This document shows, piece after piece, positions 63,532 through 64,000 of a stretch of 64,000 bases of DNA. The notes below the pieces were generated by a model. The model did no database searches, was not told the DNA's origin, and saw only the letters and a program-made list of their open reading frames with translations. How positions within the stretch are numbered: position 1 is the stretch's first letter; each line of letters begins with the position of its first letter. Made by a program: the position numbers and the translations under genes. The DNA lies in the NCBI GenBank assembly GCA_043228905.1, contig JBHGNT010000005.1, positions 19,654,001 to 19,718,000 of the forward strand. Reading direction: 5' to 3'. Origin of the DNA: Azolla caroliniana (lineage: Eukaryota > Plantae > Polypodiophyta).

Positions 63532-64000
63532 TAAGTCTCGCAATTAAGGGGTAACACATTTGGAAAGTAATGCCTGAGTATCAGTTTAGCATTATTATCC
63601 TTGTTAAGCTGACAGAGCTTCCCATGTAAGTTGTATATGGTGTATAGATGAATGATCAAAGGTTGTCCATAAATCAACAAAGCGTCTAAAATTCGTCTCG
63701 AACCAACAAGGTATATTTCAACCATTTTGGAGGCATTAACATGTATCTAAAGGATGTGCTTGGTGTTTTGTGGCCCTTATATCTTGTTAAAACCCCAATT
63801 ATGCTTTGAAATCGGGTACTTTGAAATGTAAATAGTTTGAGATTGTTTCGACAATGCTCACAATTGTGTTAATGTTATGTGTAATAAGATATTGTTGTAT
63901 ACAGCAATTACCAACATATACATAATTTCTATTCCAAATATTTCTCAATTACAAAACATTGATTTGAGGTGTACACATTATAATGGATAGAGTGTAACAT

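Overview
Plant nuclear DNA, probably a non-seed land plant such as a bryophyte (inferred from the retroelement types, not provable here). About 59 kb of the 64 kb is a deeply nested LTR-retrotransposon cluster: several degenerate Ty1/Copia elements, an Athila/Tat-like Ty3 remnant, an L1 fragment, solo LTRs, a non-coding TRIM/LARD-like element and a hAT-like MITE. One host gene, a phytolongin (62458..63531), lies at the right end, preceded by satellite and microsatellite arrays. The standout is a tRNA-Trp-primed Ty3/Gypsy clade present as five copies. One copy (47827..55117) is intact and very young, with 785-bp LTRs differing at one visible base. The clade shows 4-bp CG-centred target sites and a -1 frameshift placed after the protease (GGAUUUU-UAG plus a predicted H-type pseudoknot). 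It also shows a covarying hairpin before the PPT shared with a non-autonomous gag-only partner, and antisense tRNA-like A/B-box cassettes in some LTRs. All calls were made by eye; no database searches or alignments were run.
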